In this document: piece after piece, positions 12,764 through 24,598 of the stretch
Position numbering within the stretch: the first letter of the stretch is position 1
Layout of the letters: every line of letters begins with the position of its first letter
NCBI GenBank assembly: GCA_963809485.1
Contig: CAWEJX010000012.1
Coordinates: 64,001 to 128,000 of the forward strand
Length of the DNA stretch: 64,000 nucleotides
Direction: 5' to 3'
Source of the DNA: an uncultured Acidobacteriota bacterium
Lineage (GTDB): Bacteria; Acidobacteriota; UBA6911
Made by a program: the position numbers and the translations under genes
Notes under the pieces: model-generated
What the model was told of the DNA's origin: nothing
What the model saw: only the letters and a program-made list of their open reading frames with translations
Database searches by the model: none

Positions 12764-14483
12764 CTATTTAATGGTTGGGCTTTCCCATCCTTTATTTCTT
12801 TCCAACAAGTCTCGCCAATTCCCGGGCAACACGATCGGCTTTGTTACAAAATGGGCCGGGCCATATCCAAAGGTGCTGATATAGCTAATCCCATAAGGCC
12901 CCGCACCTCCCGTAACGCAGATCTTTATACTACCGGGCCCGGCGAGCAAGGGTATCAGGGCATCAGGGCCTGACTTGCAGCGATTCCCTGATACGTTCTG
13001 GCAAGCGACCAAAGGCCGGCATTTCTGCTATATCTCTGCCGTTAAGAAAATCAGAACTCGGTATCTGAATGGCATCATAGAGAGCTTTTTGCAGATCGAG
13101 TCTCGAATATCCTTCTCTGCGGATGCAGTCCAGAGTAGCTCCACAAATGACCACAAGGTTATCCATTCCCCAGTTTCCGGCAAGCCTGTCGTGCTTCACC
13201 TTTCCTTGTTTAGCGATATACTCCACTATCCGTTTTACGGTCGGCGGTTCCGGTTGCACGATATCGGGCTGCCACGACATGGCCGGCATGACGCTGATTG
13301 TGGCCTGATCAAGACCATAGCCTTCTGCCACCCGAAGCGGCTCCCATGCTCCACCCAACGCAGTTTCATTTTCCGCAATCAGAGAAACAGACTTAAACGG
13401 GCTGCCCAGCGTTTTCATATCATTCTTGCCCGGCCAGGTATGTCCCAGATTGGTCATTATTAGTCTTACCGCGCGGGCAATCGTGGCATTCGCTCTCCAT
13501 CCCGGGCTTAGAGTGCCGAAGCTGCAATTGATGTTCAGATCCTGAATCAATCCCGGGCCGCTGACGATTAATAACGGCGCCATATTGCATGAAGTGCATT
13601 GAACCTCCCTGAGGTTGAATGCAGGATCGGTGATAGCTTCAATCGCTGCTATAACAACCGGCATGTAATGAGGAAGACACCCCGCCATGGCAGCATTGAT
13701 TGCAATATCTTTTACTGTGGCCTTTATGCCTCCGGGTTCAACAATCCCGACCACATGGTCCGAAGCGAAGTCAACACCCTCAAGCATTTGGCTCACTGCG
13801 CCCGGCGTGGGCGGCACCAGGGGCAGGCCGTCACTCCAACCGTGCCGGAGAAAATATTTCTCCATGCTTTCGCGCGCTGTTTCGTAATCGCTGCCGCTGA
13901 AGGTCAGAGTTCTTTCGGCCGTTTCGGTTTCCTCCCCGGGCTGCGGCTTCCATTGTGTCAGCGCCCTGATGACCTCATCCGCAGCCTTCTCCCCGAGTCC
14001 CAATTGCTCGATTTCCTCATTTAAGGGCAGAGAGTCCACCGGGACCACGGCGAGAGATATATCCGAGAGACCCTCGCGTCTGGCAATGAATCTGGCGTTA
14101 GCCTCGAACGGCCTCGTCACCATAAAGGCGACAGGTTTGCCCAATTTCTCCAGGTCAACCGCCTCACGTGCGGTCCTCGCCGAGCTGGTTCCCGTAAAAC
14201 CAAGGAGGACGATAATGCCGTCGCTGTACTCGGCGATTTCTTTGGATCTTGCCTCTCTGAGCTCCGGTGCTACGAAGGCGGGCCACTCGCGAAAATCGAT
14301 TCTGCCGACCCGTTTTTTCAATGCACTTTCAAGCTGCGGGAGCAATGCCTCTGCCAAACCCGCCCCGGTTCCGAACTTCAGCACACCGATCTTTTTTCCG
14401 TGCAGGCTTTGCAGACGAGGTGAAGGAGAGACCATGCGGAGAGTTTGAAATTCGCCTCTTGGATTGTATACCGTCAATTCCAC
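12764..14483 (-). CDS. UGSC-family fused protein lacking Sec/Cys (GF-T-GT-S); frameshift near 12985
   Basis: NPRG...PRL..LHGKKIG N-terminus, LEKLGKP, GWSDGLPLVPPT; C-terminus continues in ORF 12764..13012 and matches the end of 22852..24594 (GWxSPTIK). Confidence 0.8.
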
Positions 14484-14586
14484 TTGTGCTGTTTGGCATA
14501 AAAGGCACCCATGCTCATTTGGTATGCAGGATTGATAGGAGCGCTATGAATGGCTGAAACCATATTGCCATCCCGCCATAGTTGCC

Positions 14587-15814
14587 TTATGAGGTCATTG
14601 GACCGAATGCGCCCGCCATCAGGAATCCATCAAATTCGGCTTCTGACATCCCCAAAATCTCAAGGCAAATGTATTCATTGTGTTCGCCCAAAACGGGGGC
14701 CTCCCGAAAAAGCTTTGCGGGAGTCATGGATAATCTGGATGGCTGTCCCAAATAGGAGAACTCTCCCAGTTCTTTGTGATTTCCTCTCCAGAAACATTCT
14801 CTTTCTCTTAGTTGCACTATCGCTGCAAATATCTTTTGCATCTTGCACGACTCCCGCGGCAACTCCCTCCTGCTGCAGCAGAACCATGATATGTTCAGGC
14901 TCGTATTGGGATGTCCATTGCTCCACAAGATGGTTTAGCCTTGCTTCGTGTTTCTTCCTTTCCGGAAGCGTCGAGAATTCAGGGGCTTTTGTCCATTCCG
15001 GATTTCCCATGGCTTTACACATGGATTGCCACTCATCGTCCGTAAAGACAGTGATTGCGCACCAACGGTCCTCGCCTTTGCAGCGAAAGACTCCATGCGG
15101 GGCGGCATATTCGCAGGAGTTGCCGTTGGCTCTTGCCTCCATGCCGCTTGTTGAATAATCAAGCAGAAGCGGGGCTATGAGCTGCAAGCCGGATTCGAAC
15201 TGGGATACATCAATCAACTGACCTTTGCCCGTTTTGTTCCTGTGGTCGAGGGCGCTTATCAGGGCGCTTGCTGCAAAATGGGGGACGCAATAATCCGTAT
15301 AGGCCACCATTGGGGATATCGGTTCTTCGTCCGGAAAGCCTACGAGATTGACGATTCCTCCCAGCCCATTAATGTGGTTTCCCAGGCCGGGCTGAGTCGC
15401 CGAAGGCCCTGTCAGGCCCTGATTGGAGCTTCGAATCATGATGATATCCGGCTTGATCCTGCTCAATTCATCATAGCCCAGGCCCCAGCTTTCCAGCACG
15501 CCGGGCCTGTGGCTGTCAGCCACAACGTCCGCCCAGGCCACCAGTTTTTTTGCGATTTCTTTCGCGACCGCATTTTTTAGATCGAGGCTGATGCTGTATT
15601 TATTGGCTGCAAAATAGCTGAAAAATCCGGCCCGGTTAATGTTTGTTACGCCATCCTTAAAAGGAGCGGAAGTCCGCAGCAGGTCCGGCCTCTCGATGGA
15701 TTCGATGCAGATAACGGTTGCACCGTAATCGGCCAAATATTTAAGGGTCAGCGGACCGGCAATGGCCCACCCGAAATCAATCACATTAATTCCGGCAAAG
15801 ACCTTTGGATCCAA
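14587..15814 (-). CDS. CoA-transferase family III (CaiB/BaiF), Asp-containing subunit; frameshift near 14817
   Basis: IDFGWAIAGP...LADYGATVICIE, ANKYSISLDLK, AYTDY, APHGVFRC; tail APVLGEHN in ORF 14587..14928. Confidence 0.85.
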
Positions 15815-15841
15815 GCGAGTTCCTTCCTTTCACCCAAATAT

Positions 15842-17096
15842 CTAGATAATTCCGGATTGCTGCAAGAGCACCAGATCTCTTTTTGAAAAACCCAGTTCCT
15901 TTTCATAAATTTCCAGGTTGTGTTCCCCGGGCAAAGGAGCTTTCTTCAAGCCTTGTGAGCGGCGTTTCGGATAATTTTGCGAAGGGTCCGGGATAGGTAA
16001 TCTGTGCCGGAATTTCCGGATAATCAACTTTTGCCCAGAAGTTCCTGGCATCCAATTGTGTGTTTTCAAATATGTCTCGAGCTGTGGACACAGGGCAAAG
16101 CATTATCTTTCTTTTTAAGGCCTGGCCATACAATTCGGCCTTTGTGTATTTCAAAAAAAGCTCCGCGATCGGCGCCTCCATCTGTTCCTGCATTTCCTGT
16201 GTCTGTCTGGACATGTCAAACGCAGTCCAATCGAAATTGGCCATAAGCTCCGAGGCCAAACCCTCTTCCTGCAGCCACGCCGCGATGGCGCGATTGGTCT
16301 TGAGACCGAAATCACCGCCCAAAATATAAAAAATGACGTATCCGTCCTTGCACCGCCACAATAGCTTCTGCTTTGTGTCCGTCCATCGGCCCGAGAGATA
16401 GGATCCTGCGCGCTTGAGAATTTTATGATTCAACTCCCATAGCGGAACGGCATTGGAGAGCTCCCACAGAACACACTCCTGCGCCGACACATCGACATAT
16501 TGCCCTTGCCCGGTTTTTTCACGATAGAAATAGGCGATAAGGCTCGCAGCCGCCGCATGGGCACTGGCTAACAAAAATGACTGCGGAAAACTTATTCTCA
16601 CGGGAGGCGCATCCGGTTTCCCTGTTATGTACAACAGTCCACTCATAGCCATGACCACGAGGTCGGATGCCTTGAAGTTCTTGTAGGGCCCCGTTTGTCC
16701 AAACGGGCTGATCGAGGTATAGATCATGCGGGGATTGAGTTGATTGAGATTGGCATATCCCAGCCCCAATTCATCCATGTATCCCGGCGGGAAGGACTCG
16801 ATTAGGAAATCGGCATGGTTCACGAGAGTCTTGAGAATCTGCTGCCCATCCGCAGAATCGAGTTTCAGCGTTATGCCTCGTTTGTTTGCATTGTAGGCCA
16901 ACCATACAAGGCTTCTTTCCGGCGCCGGAGTTTGGCGATAAAAGGGGCCGATGCGCCTGTCCGGATCGCCTCCAGGCTTTTCAATTTTTATGACGTCTGC
17001 TCCCAGGTCCGCCAGAATCCTGCCGCACAGGTAGCCGTTATTGTTAGTTAAATCCAGCACTCGCGGCGATCGAGCCAGACATTTCTTCTCTTCCAT
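15842..17096 (-). CDS. CoA-transferase family III, subunit lacking the catalytic Asp; frameshift near 15955
   Basis: LADLGADVIKIEKPGGD, NANKRGITL, SPFGQTGPY; FPQSF at the Asp position; tail APLPGEHN in ORF 15842..16069. Confidence 0.85.
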
Positions 17097-17100
17097 CCGA

Positions 17101-18285
17101 TTAGTTTCCTTTAGGGCGTAATCGATTATCCAGCGGGGAGAAATTATTCTTCCTGGACGGCAGAGCCACAATCGCATAGCCGGGCATTACATTTTCATGC
17201 CTTTGATTTATCGCGGATCGTTCGATACGAACGCAGGAATCTCCGTCGGCATCCATGAACTTTTCGGTAACCTTGCCCTTGATCCAAACGACGTCCGATA
17301 AATATACGAACTTATTGTATTCCGTATAACTTCTCTTCAGCCAGCCATCGTCTCCCATCCAATTGGTGATCAGTTGAACGGCCCAGCAGTGCCTTTGAAC
17401 GCCGACATCGTAGGAGTGCGGAAGCCCCATGGCATTGGCCGCGGCCCGGTTATAATGAACGGCAAAAATCGGTTCGAGCGCTGAGGTGTTGGGATCCCGG
17501 AAAGCCCAGGCCGGATGCTTTTGATAGGATCGCAAAGCCACACCGTGGGCCTGCAATCTCGGGATAGGGACTCCTCCGCCGATAACGTAAGCTATTTCAT
17601 CCGTGACTCCGAGCGGCCCTTTGACCACCGGTTTAAGCTCATCCCCGATTTCAACGTCTTCCCAATACCGCGGGTTGGAGCCTCGGATTTCCTCGGAAAG
17701 AATTTCCTGTTCAATCTGCTGCAATTGTTCCTCGGTCCAGGGATGCGGCAATTCGATGTGAGCGTGCCTTTTTTTCTCGCGGGCCTTAGCCCTGGCAAAA
17801 TGAACCACCCACCAGCGATACCTGGCGATTAGATCCCCGTTCTGGTTCCAATATTGATTTTGAAAATGATCTATCACGGTTTCGTCAGCATAGCTGCTTT
17901 CCTTCGGCCCCTCAAAACTCTTGAATACGCACTCTGCCGATATTTTATCCCCTATATAGATCGGCTTCATGAATTCCACATCGCAGCCCGCATGAAAGCC
18001 TCCCAGTCCTCTCCAGCCAAATATTACATGCGCAAAACAGGCCCAGACAAAGGAAGGAGGAGCCACGATGCGGCCATACGGGCTATTTTGGGCATATTCC
18101 TTATCACTCCATAGAGGATTCACATCTCCTACGCCCTCGATGAATTTGAGAATCGCCATTCTGGATGCATACTCGTTGTGCGTGCTTTCGTCTATCCGCA
18201 GCGAGAGGCCCAGTTTGGCGCGCATTCCCTCTATCATTTCCTTGGTGATTGTCGAATCCGGCATCACCACCTTTTTTTCGGTCAT
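17101..18285 (-). CDS. MaoC-like double hot-dog dehydratase
   Basis: GDVNPLWSD..YA..SPYGRIVAPP, YWEDVEIGDEL, VHYN..AA..GLP..YDVG, TNWMGDDG; ATG 18285 with GAGG. Confidence 0.82.
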   Translation of the reverse strand: MTEKKVVMPDSTITKEMIEGMRAKLGLSLRIDESTHNEYASRMAILKFIEGVGDVNPLWSDKEYAQNSPYGRIVAPPSFVWACFAHVIFGWRGLGGFHAGCDVEFMKPIYIGDKISAECVFKSFEGPKESSYADETVIDHFQNQYWNQNGDLIARYRWWVVHFARAKAREKKRHAHIELPHPWTEEQLQQIEQEILSEEIRGSNPRYWEDVEIGDELKPVVKGPLGVTDEIAYVIGGGVPIPRLQAHGVALRSYQKHPAWAFRDPNTSALEPIFAVHYNRAAANAMGLPHSYDVGVQRHCWAVQLITNWMGDDGWLKRSYTEYNKFVYLSDVVWIKGKVTEKFMDADGDSCVRIERSAINQRHENVMPGYAIVALPSRKNNFSPLDNRLRPKGN

Positions 18286-18334
18286 CAGCCACCTCTTCAG
18301 CACGATCCGATCGTTCCAGCTGTATGCTTTGGAT

Positions 18335-19693
18335 CTATACCTCGCCAATTCCAATACCAAAATGTTTTCTCAGTTCAGTGACATAATCCGGATCCATGCA
18401 CCCCGCCTGTTGTTTTTCCAGCAAATCTACTCGTGTGGGCCTTCCGGGTGGGAACTCGGGCGTCCTGGAAATGACCTTCTCCTGCTCCAGATGCGCAAGG
18501 TCCTGCTTCGACATGCCCAACAAGGAACAAAGAACGTATTCGTTGTCCTCTCCAAAATGAGGAGCTCGTTTCAGTGCAGATTTCTTGAATCCCCGGAACT
18601 TTGCCGGTATCTGGCTGGGTATCGGTCTCTTACCTATGCCCTCCCCGTGGTCGACACACTGAAAGAAGCCTCGCTTCATGAGGTGAGGATTCAGGTTGAT
18701 TTCTTTCATGTTGAGCGCCGGCCCGGCCGGAATTCTCAACCTCTGCAGGGTATACAATACTTCGAATTTGTCCCGCCGAGCAGTCCATTGCTCAATGAGG
18801 CAATCCAATTCAGGTTGCCTTGCAAGCCTGGCCTGCCTGGAGGAGAATGCCGGGTCCCTTAAGGCTTCCGGCTCATGAATCTCCCGGACGAAGCGTTTCC
18901 ATTGGCTATCGGTTTCTATGGCAATCGCCACCCATTCGTCATCTCCCTTACAGCGGTAACAGCCGTGAGGGGCACATCCCGGATGACGATTGCCCATGCG
19001 TTTCCGGTCGCGAGTGTTCAGGATGTAATCGAGAACTATGTCGCCCAGATGACAAATGGTGGCTTCTCTTCCGGAAACATCCACGTACTGTCCCTTGCCG
19101 GTTTTCCTCTGATGGAAAAGTGCGGTCATCAGCGCCATGGCGGCATGTGCGCCCGTAACCCAATCCCCGTATGCGAAACCGGACAGAAGCGGGGGCTCAT
19201 CAGAATTGCCGGTGTTGTGCGTCAAACCACTCATCCCCTCCATGCCCGGCACATACATATAGTAGTCTTTGAGGGGGCCATCGTGTCCCAAACCGCTGAT
19301 TGAAACCATGATGATTCGAGGATTGATCTTCTTTATGCGTTCGTAGTTCAATCCCCAATTGGTCATGACCCTGGGCGAATAGTTCTCAATGACTGCGTTG
19401 CTCACTTTTAGCAGCTGCCTGAAGATATCGCGTCCTTCTTCGGTGGCCATGTTGAGTGAAATGGCCCGTTTGCCTGCATTGAGGGAGTGAAACAGGCAAC
19501 CGCGGTTCCAGGGATCGGTGCCCGGGTTGTTATCGGGATAGACATTGGCTCGCGTAAATACGTCGGGGCGTTGCCATGATTCTATCTTGATAACTTCAGC
19601 CCCCAATTCGGCCAGTATCTTGGTGGCAACGGGACCCGCAAAAACCATGGTCAGATCGATAATCCTGATGCCCTCTAAAATCTTGTATGCCAT
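18335..19693 (-). CDS. CoA-transferase family III, Asp-containing subunit
   Basis: IDLTMVFAGP...LAELGAEVIKIE, NAGKRAISL, FAYGDW, APHGCYRC. Confidence 0.88.
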   Translation of the reverse strand: MAYKILEGIRIIDLTMVFAGPVATKILAELGAEVIKIESWQRPDVFTRANVYPDNNPGTDPWNRGCLFHSLNAGKRAISLNMATEEGRDIFRQLLKVSNAVIENYSPRVMTNWGLNYERIKKINPRIIMVSISGLGHDGPLKDYYMYVPGMEGMSGLTHNTGNSDEPPLLSGFAYGDWVTGAHAAMALMTALFHQRKTGKGQYVDVSGREATICHLGDIVLDYILNTRDRKRMGNRHPGCAPHGCYRCKGDDEWVAIAIETDSQWKRFVREIHEPEALRDPAFSSRQARLARQPELDCLIEQWTARRDKFEVLYTLQRLRIPAGPALNMKEINLNPHLMKRGFFQCVDHGEGIGKRPIPSQIPAKFRGFKKSALKRAPHFGEDNEYVLCSLLGMSKQDLAHLEQEKVISRTPEFPPGRPTRVDLLEKQQAGCMDPDYVTELRKHFGIGIGEV

Positions 19694-19708
19694 TCTCGTC
19701 CCGATCGT

Positions 19709-20914
19709 TTATATGATCCCGGCGCTCTGCAATTTTTTGATTTCTCTTTGTGTGTACCCCAATCCCCGATAAAACTCACGATTGTGCTCTCCCAACAGCG
19801 GAGCCCTTCCGGGGAGCCACGGTGTTTTGCCCAGTTTGACTGGCGATCCGGGGCTGGCAATTCTGCCCAGATGTGGATGATGCGTCGTATCAAAGAACTT
19901 CCTGGCTTTCAATTGCTGGTCCTTGAAGAGTTCTCCGGCGCTCAGGACGGGAGTGAAGGCCAGGCGCAGCTCCTGGGCTTCGGCTGTAATGTCCCATTTG
20001 TTGCGGCTCATCAGCCACGGAATGATCAGGGCGTCAAATCCTTCCGGATCGGCCATGCGCGTTCGCGGGTCGGCAAAAAAGCCGCTATTTTGAAGTTCAG
20101 GTTCGTTGATCAGAAAAGGAATATTCGGCGCGCCTCCGATGCCGGGCGTGAGGCTGATCCATCCATCTTTACAGGGGACGCTGTAACCTATGGGGTAACC
20201 GTGGATGGCAAATGGATTGGTGCGTCTGCTAAATCCCAGGTACGAATATTCCGTAACATGTCCCATTAAAGTGCTGGCAACACACTCCATCATGCCTACA
20301 TCTATCGATACACCACTATTGTTCTTTGCCCGACCTATCAGAGCCGCTACTGTCCCTATATAGCTCAGCACCCCGGTCGAGAATTCCGCCTGGTATCCTC
20401 CTTGTACTGCAGGTCTTGTTTTGGGTTTAGTGCCCGGTCTCATCGGGTACACTGTCCCGCCGAGGGCCGATACCGTGAGATTATTTGCGCGGTAGCGACG
20501 GTAGGGCCCGGTTTTGCCAAAAGCTGAAATGGAGGTCACGATCATGCGGGGATTGATGGTCCGCAGTATTTTCCCGGATAAACCCAGTTTTTGGAGAGTG
20601 CCCGGAACATAGCTTTCCACAAAAATATCTGTTGTTTTCAAAATCCGCTTTAATATTTCCGTCCCTTTTTTGCTTTGGACGTTTAATGTGATGCTTTTCT
20701 TATTCGTATTCAGATAAAAGAAAGTGCCGCTCTTCTCGAGGTCGTACTCATCGTTTGGGAACGGCCCTATTTCCCGGGTGATGTCCCCAAAATTCGGTCT
20801 TTCGACCTTAATCACTTCAGCGCCAAAAGAAGCAAACAATTTCGTGCAATAGGGACCTGCGATCCCCTGCGTAAGGTCCAGTATCTTAACGCCGCTGAAC
20901 ACCCGTTCGCTCAT
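19709..20914 (-). CDS. CoA-transferase family III, subunit with Glu at the Asp position
   Basis: MSERVFSGVKILDLTQGIAGP, NTNKKSITL, GYQAEF, APLLGEHN; ATG 20914 avoids overlap with the upstream gene. Confidence 0.85.
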   Translation of the reverse strand: MSERVFSGVKILDLTQGIAGPYCTKLFASFGAEVIKVERPNFGDITREIGPFPNDEYDLEKSGTFFYLNTNKKSITLNVQSKKGTEILKRILKTTDIFVESYVPGTLQKLGLSGKILRTINPRMIVTSISAFGKTGPYRRYRANNLTVSALGGTVYPMRPGTKPKTRPAVQGGYQAEFSTGVLSYIGTVAALIGRAKNNSGVSIDVGMMECVASTLMGHVTEYSYLGFSRRTNPFAIHGYPIGYSVPCKDGWISLTPGIGGAPNIPFLINEPELQNSGFFADPRTRMADPEGFDALIIPWLMSRNKWDITAEAQELRLAFTPVLSAGELFKDQQLKARKFFDTTHHPHLGRIASPGSPVKLGKTPWLPGRAPLLGEHNREFYRGLGYTQREIKKLQSAGII

Positions 20915-20957
20915 AAAATCACGCTGACTTGCCGGCAACAGAGATGTTCGTACCATA

Positions 20958-20971
20958 ATACGTATACGTAC
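20958..20971. promoter_or_regulatory. Palindromic operator-like site (13/14) upstream of the CoA-transferase block
   Basis: ATACGTATACGTAC in the short intergenic gap, 44 nt before ATG 20914. Confidence 0.6.
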
Positions 20972-21035
20972 ATGGCGGCTTTCAACAGGCATCCTGTGGT
21001 TCGGTTGAATCGAGTCTGCATATAAATTGGCCGTG

Positions 21036-22761
21036 CTACTCAGCCGGCAGGATTTTTTCCCAGTTTGCCGGCAATTGGATCCTTTTGCTGACCGGGGGCC
21101 CTTGCTCGTGGTTTTGGACATAGCCTCTGCTGCGATTTCGCCCGGAGTCCCCACTGACCACAATCCCAATCCATTCGGGCTTCAAAAATACCGGAACCAT
21201 TCTTGCCGGATCGTCTGACTCGCAATACAGGTGTGAAATCAGCTTCTCGTCCACCCTTCGGCGCAGGCTGAAGCCGGTAAAACCTCCCTGCCAGGCGAGT
21301 CTTTCCATTGAGGCCACAGACACCTTGGAGTGGTCATACAAATACTGCTGCACGTCCTTTTTCTGCAACCCGTCTTTTGCCAGCACGCGTGCTATGCTTG
21401 GACTGATTACCAATAAAGGAAAAAATTTCCCCCAATTGACGGCCATGTGGGTCCAGGTCGACATGGCTCCCCCGAACACTTCCACGAATGTGTCCAGGTG
21501 GTCCCTGGCTTTATCCCCTCCACTGGCAATCGGCGCTGTTGCGTATACAACACTCTGGACGGTGACGACACTATCGTCGGGTTTAAAGCCGCGAGAAACG
21601 CTGAACGATTCCCATCCAAGCTCGGTCAATACATCCTCATTCTCGGCCAGAGCTACCTTGAATGTTTCACCGATCGTCGCCTTATCCGTTGTTCCGGGTG
21701 GTATCCGCAAACCGGCCACATTCCTCATGAACAGCCTCAAAAAGCGGCCCATGCTGGTATTGGCCTGGCGGCCAACTCGCATCACCCCGGTTTCATAGTT
21801 GATATTCAGGTCTTTTATTATGGGGCCATTGAGAACAATCAGCGGCTCCCAGCCGGGGGTACTGCCGGCATCCTCAATCCGGAATTCAGGATCGGAAACA
21901 GCCTCTATAACGGCCAGGAGAACGGGCATATATTCCGGTCTGCACCCTGCCATTACGCCGTTAACAGCGATGTTCCAGACCGTGGCCGCCCGGCTTTCGG
22001 GAAGCAAAATCCCGATGACTTCTTCCCGCGACCGGTCCGTAAATTGAAGAAACTTTTCGACTCTGTCGATGGTCGGAGGGATCACCGGGAGACCATCGGT
22101 CCATTGTCTCCTGATAAAAAACTCCTGAACTTCATCCAAAGTCCCCCGGAAAATGATTTGGTCCGGTTCCGGTTCTTTTGTTCTGGCCGCCTGCGTTACA
22201 GGTTTGGTAAATACCTGAATGATATTGTCGACAAGGGTACCGGTAACCTTTTGGATCAACTCTTCCCGGCTGTCTACGGACACCACGCCTGGATACTCCG
22301 CCACGGGCAGATTCTGGACTCCCAGGCTCTGGCCCACTGTCTGGACTTGTTTCAAAAAGCCGGTGGTGATAATCGAGGCTGAAGGAATGCCGGCTTTTTC
22401 AGCAACTACGCTTGCCCGCGCAACCGCGGGCGAGCAGCTGCCTCAGCCTCCGACTCCGGATATAACGGCATCACAGCCGATATTGACGAAGTCTGTCTGC
22501 CAGGGTGGCAATGATCTCGGCTTCTTGCGGGCCATGCGTATTGCCGAAGGTCTCATATTCAATGAATTTTACACCCGGATATCGCTCGGACAGTGAGGCT
22601 CGGATGAGAGGAAAAATTTCTTCCGCCCTGAAACCGTAGTCCGACAACTCACAGATAGTCTTGCCGGATAAATCCGCAATTCGAGGCGCCAGGGTTACCT
22701 TTTCAGATATTATTTTCCCAAGAGGCCATACAACTTCGTATCCCGTCTCTTGCATCATCAA
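21036..22761 (-). CDS. UGSC-family selenoprotein, fused cytoplasmic form (Sec at TGA 22443-22445); one frameshift near 22478
   Basis: After removing one base: GCDAVISGVGG-[TGA]-GSCSPAVARASVVAEKAGIPS, in frame with ORF 21036..22355 (QWTDGLPVIPPT); hairpin at 22414-22431. Confidence 0.82.
22414..22431 (-). promoter_or_regulatory. Candidate SECIS element
   Basis: Perfect GCCCGCG-GUUG-CGCGGGC stem-loop 11 nt after the UGA; G first in the loop. Confidence 0.7.
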
Positions 22762-22851
22762 TCTCCCGATCTCGCCGTGGATACACGGCTTTCAGCATAT
22801 TCGCCTCAAAAAACCGATCCTCTCTATCCCAATGCAATTGGCGGATACACC

Positions 22852-24594
22852 TTATTTAATCGTCGGACTTCCCCATCCTCCGTATTTAGAGAGGAGGGAG
22901 TGCCAGTTTTGAGGAACGTGTATCGGTTTGGTTACAAAATGCGATGGCCCATATCCCCAGGTCCCTATATAGGCAATCATGTCGGGACCGGGGCCTCCAG
23001 CAACGCAGACCTTGAGGCTTTCCGGATTGAGAAGCAGCGGTACCGGGGCATTCGGGTCTTTCTGATGTTTTTCAATAACCCATTTCGGCAGCCTGCAGAA
23101 TCCCGGGGCTTCCCTTCCGTCGAACACCTCGTTTCCGGGCAACTGGATTCTTTCGTATAGCTTTTCCTGGAGTTTCTTTCTGGAAAAACCTTCCCGACGG
23201 ATAGCCTCAAATGCAGTCGGCGAAATAAGCACCAGATTGTTGTAGATACAGTTAAGAGCATACCGGTCATATTTCGCTTTTGCCTGGAGGCTAATATGGG
23301 AAATGATTCTCTCGACGGAAGGAGGAGTCGGCAATACCAGGTCCGGCTGCCAGGACATGGCCGGCATCACGCTGATTGTCGGCTGATCGTCAGGAAATCC
23401 TTCGGCGACTCGCAATGGTTCCCATGCGCCTGAGTATGCCGATTCATTCTCTCCTATCAGGGAGTAATATCTGAAAGGGCTCCCGAAGGCTTTCATGTCA
23501 TTGATGCCGGGCCAGGTTTGGCCCAGGTTCATCATTATCAGCTTAAGCGCCCGCCCGATCGCTGCATTCGCTTTCCATCCCGGACCCACTGTGCAAAAAC
23601 TATCATTTATATTGAGTTCATCGATCAGCTTTTTCCCGCTGACAACAAAGAAAGGAGCCACCTGGCCGGATGTGCACTGCACGCCTATGAGGTCAAACAA
23701 GGGATCGATGATCGCTTCCACCGCAGCCAGGATGACGGGCATATGCTGCGGCAGGCACCCGGCCATCGCCGCATTGACCGCGATCTTCTCTATGGTCGCG
23801 TTCACTCCACTGGGAGGGAACCGGGCTATGACGTGCTCGCGCGGCAAGGATGCCCCTTCAAGCATTCTTGCCACTGCCTCTTCCGTCGGCGGTGCCAGCG
23901 GCAAGCCATCGCTCCAGCCATGATTCAGGAAAAAGCGCTCCATTTCCTCCTGAGCTGCAAGGAAATCCTTGCCGCCGAATGCCAGACTCGCTTCATTGAC
24001 TTCCGGTATCTCAGGAGGCTGCGGGGACCACCGGGTCAAAGATCTGACAACCTCGTCCGCAACCTTCTCGGCTATCTCCAATTTCTCAATTTCCTCTGCA
24101 GGCGGTACATAATCCAAAATCAACGGAGCCACTGCCAGGTCTTCCAAACCTTCGCTCCTTGCAAGAAACCTGGCGTTGGATTTAAAACAGTTTGTGACTA
24201 TGAATGCCACCGGCTTCCCCAATTTCTCAATACGGATGGCATCCGGGGCGGTTCGGGTCGTGCTGCCTCCCGACATTCCCATCGCGACGATCACGGCATC
24301 GCTATTGTCGGCAACCTCTCTGAGTTTAGCCGCCCTGGCATCCGCATCCCCCAGCACCGACATTTCCCACGTGCGGAATTCGGCGTCGGGCATTCTGTTT
24401 CTCAGGGCCTTGTCCAGGTAAGGATAGAATATCTGGCCCACCGGGACGCGGTTTCTGAGGATGCCGATCTTCACCCCATTCAGGTCCTTCAGACGAGGCG
24501 CATTGGGTATTGGAGCAATCTCCGAACTCGCCGTGGGATTCAAAACCCTCAGATGCGTTTGGCCGCTGGTCACGTTGGTATCCTCCCGGAGCAA
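22852..24594 (-). CDS. UGSC-family fused protein lacking Sec/Cys (GM-S-GG-S)
   Basis: VLNP...APRLKDLNGVKIG, DAVIVAMGMSGGSTTRT, IEKLGKP, GWSDGLPLAPPT. Confidence 0.82.
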   Translation of the reverse strand: MLREDTNVTSGQTHLRVLNPTASSEIAPIPNAPRLKDLNGVKIGILRNRVPVGQIFYPYLDKALRNRMPDAEFRTWEMSVLGDADARAAKLREVADNSDAVIVAMGMSGGSTTRTAPDAIRIEKLGKPVAFIVTNCFKSNARFLARSEGLEDLAVAPLILDYVPPAEEIEKLEIAEKVADEVVRSLTRWSPQPPEIPEVNEASLAFGGKDFLAAQEEMERFFLNHGWSDGLPLAPPTEEAVARMLEGASLPREHVIARFPPSGVNATIEKIAVNAAMAGCLPQHMPVILAAVEAIIDPLFDLIGVQCTSGQVAPFFVVSGKKLIDELNINDSFCTVGPGWKANAAIGRALKLIMMNLGQTWPGINDMKAFGSPFRYYSLIGENESAYSGAWEPLRVAEGFPDDQPTISVMPAMSWQPDLVLPTPPSVERIISHISLQAKAKYDRYALNCIYNNLVLISPTAFEAIRREGFSRKKLQEKLYERIQLPGNEVFDGREAPGFCRLPKWVIEKHQKDPNAPVPLLLNPESLKVCVAGGPGPDMIAYIGTWGYGPSHFVTKPIHVPQNWHSLLSKYGGWGSPTIK

Positions 24595-24598
24595 TGCA

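Noticed and set aside
22471-22473. TGA ending ORF 22471..22761 as the Sec codon
   Set aside because: It is the out-of-frame reading of TGT GAT (Cys-Asp); the motif-aligned TGA is at 22443-22445.
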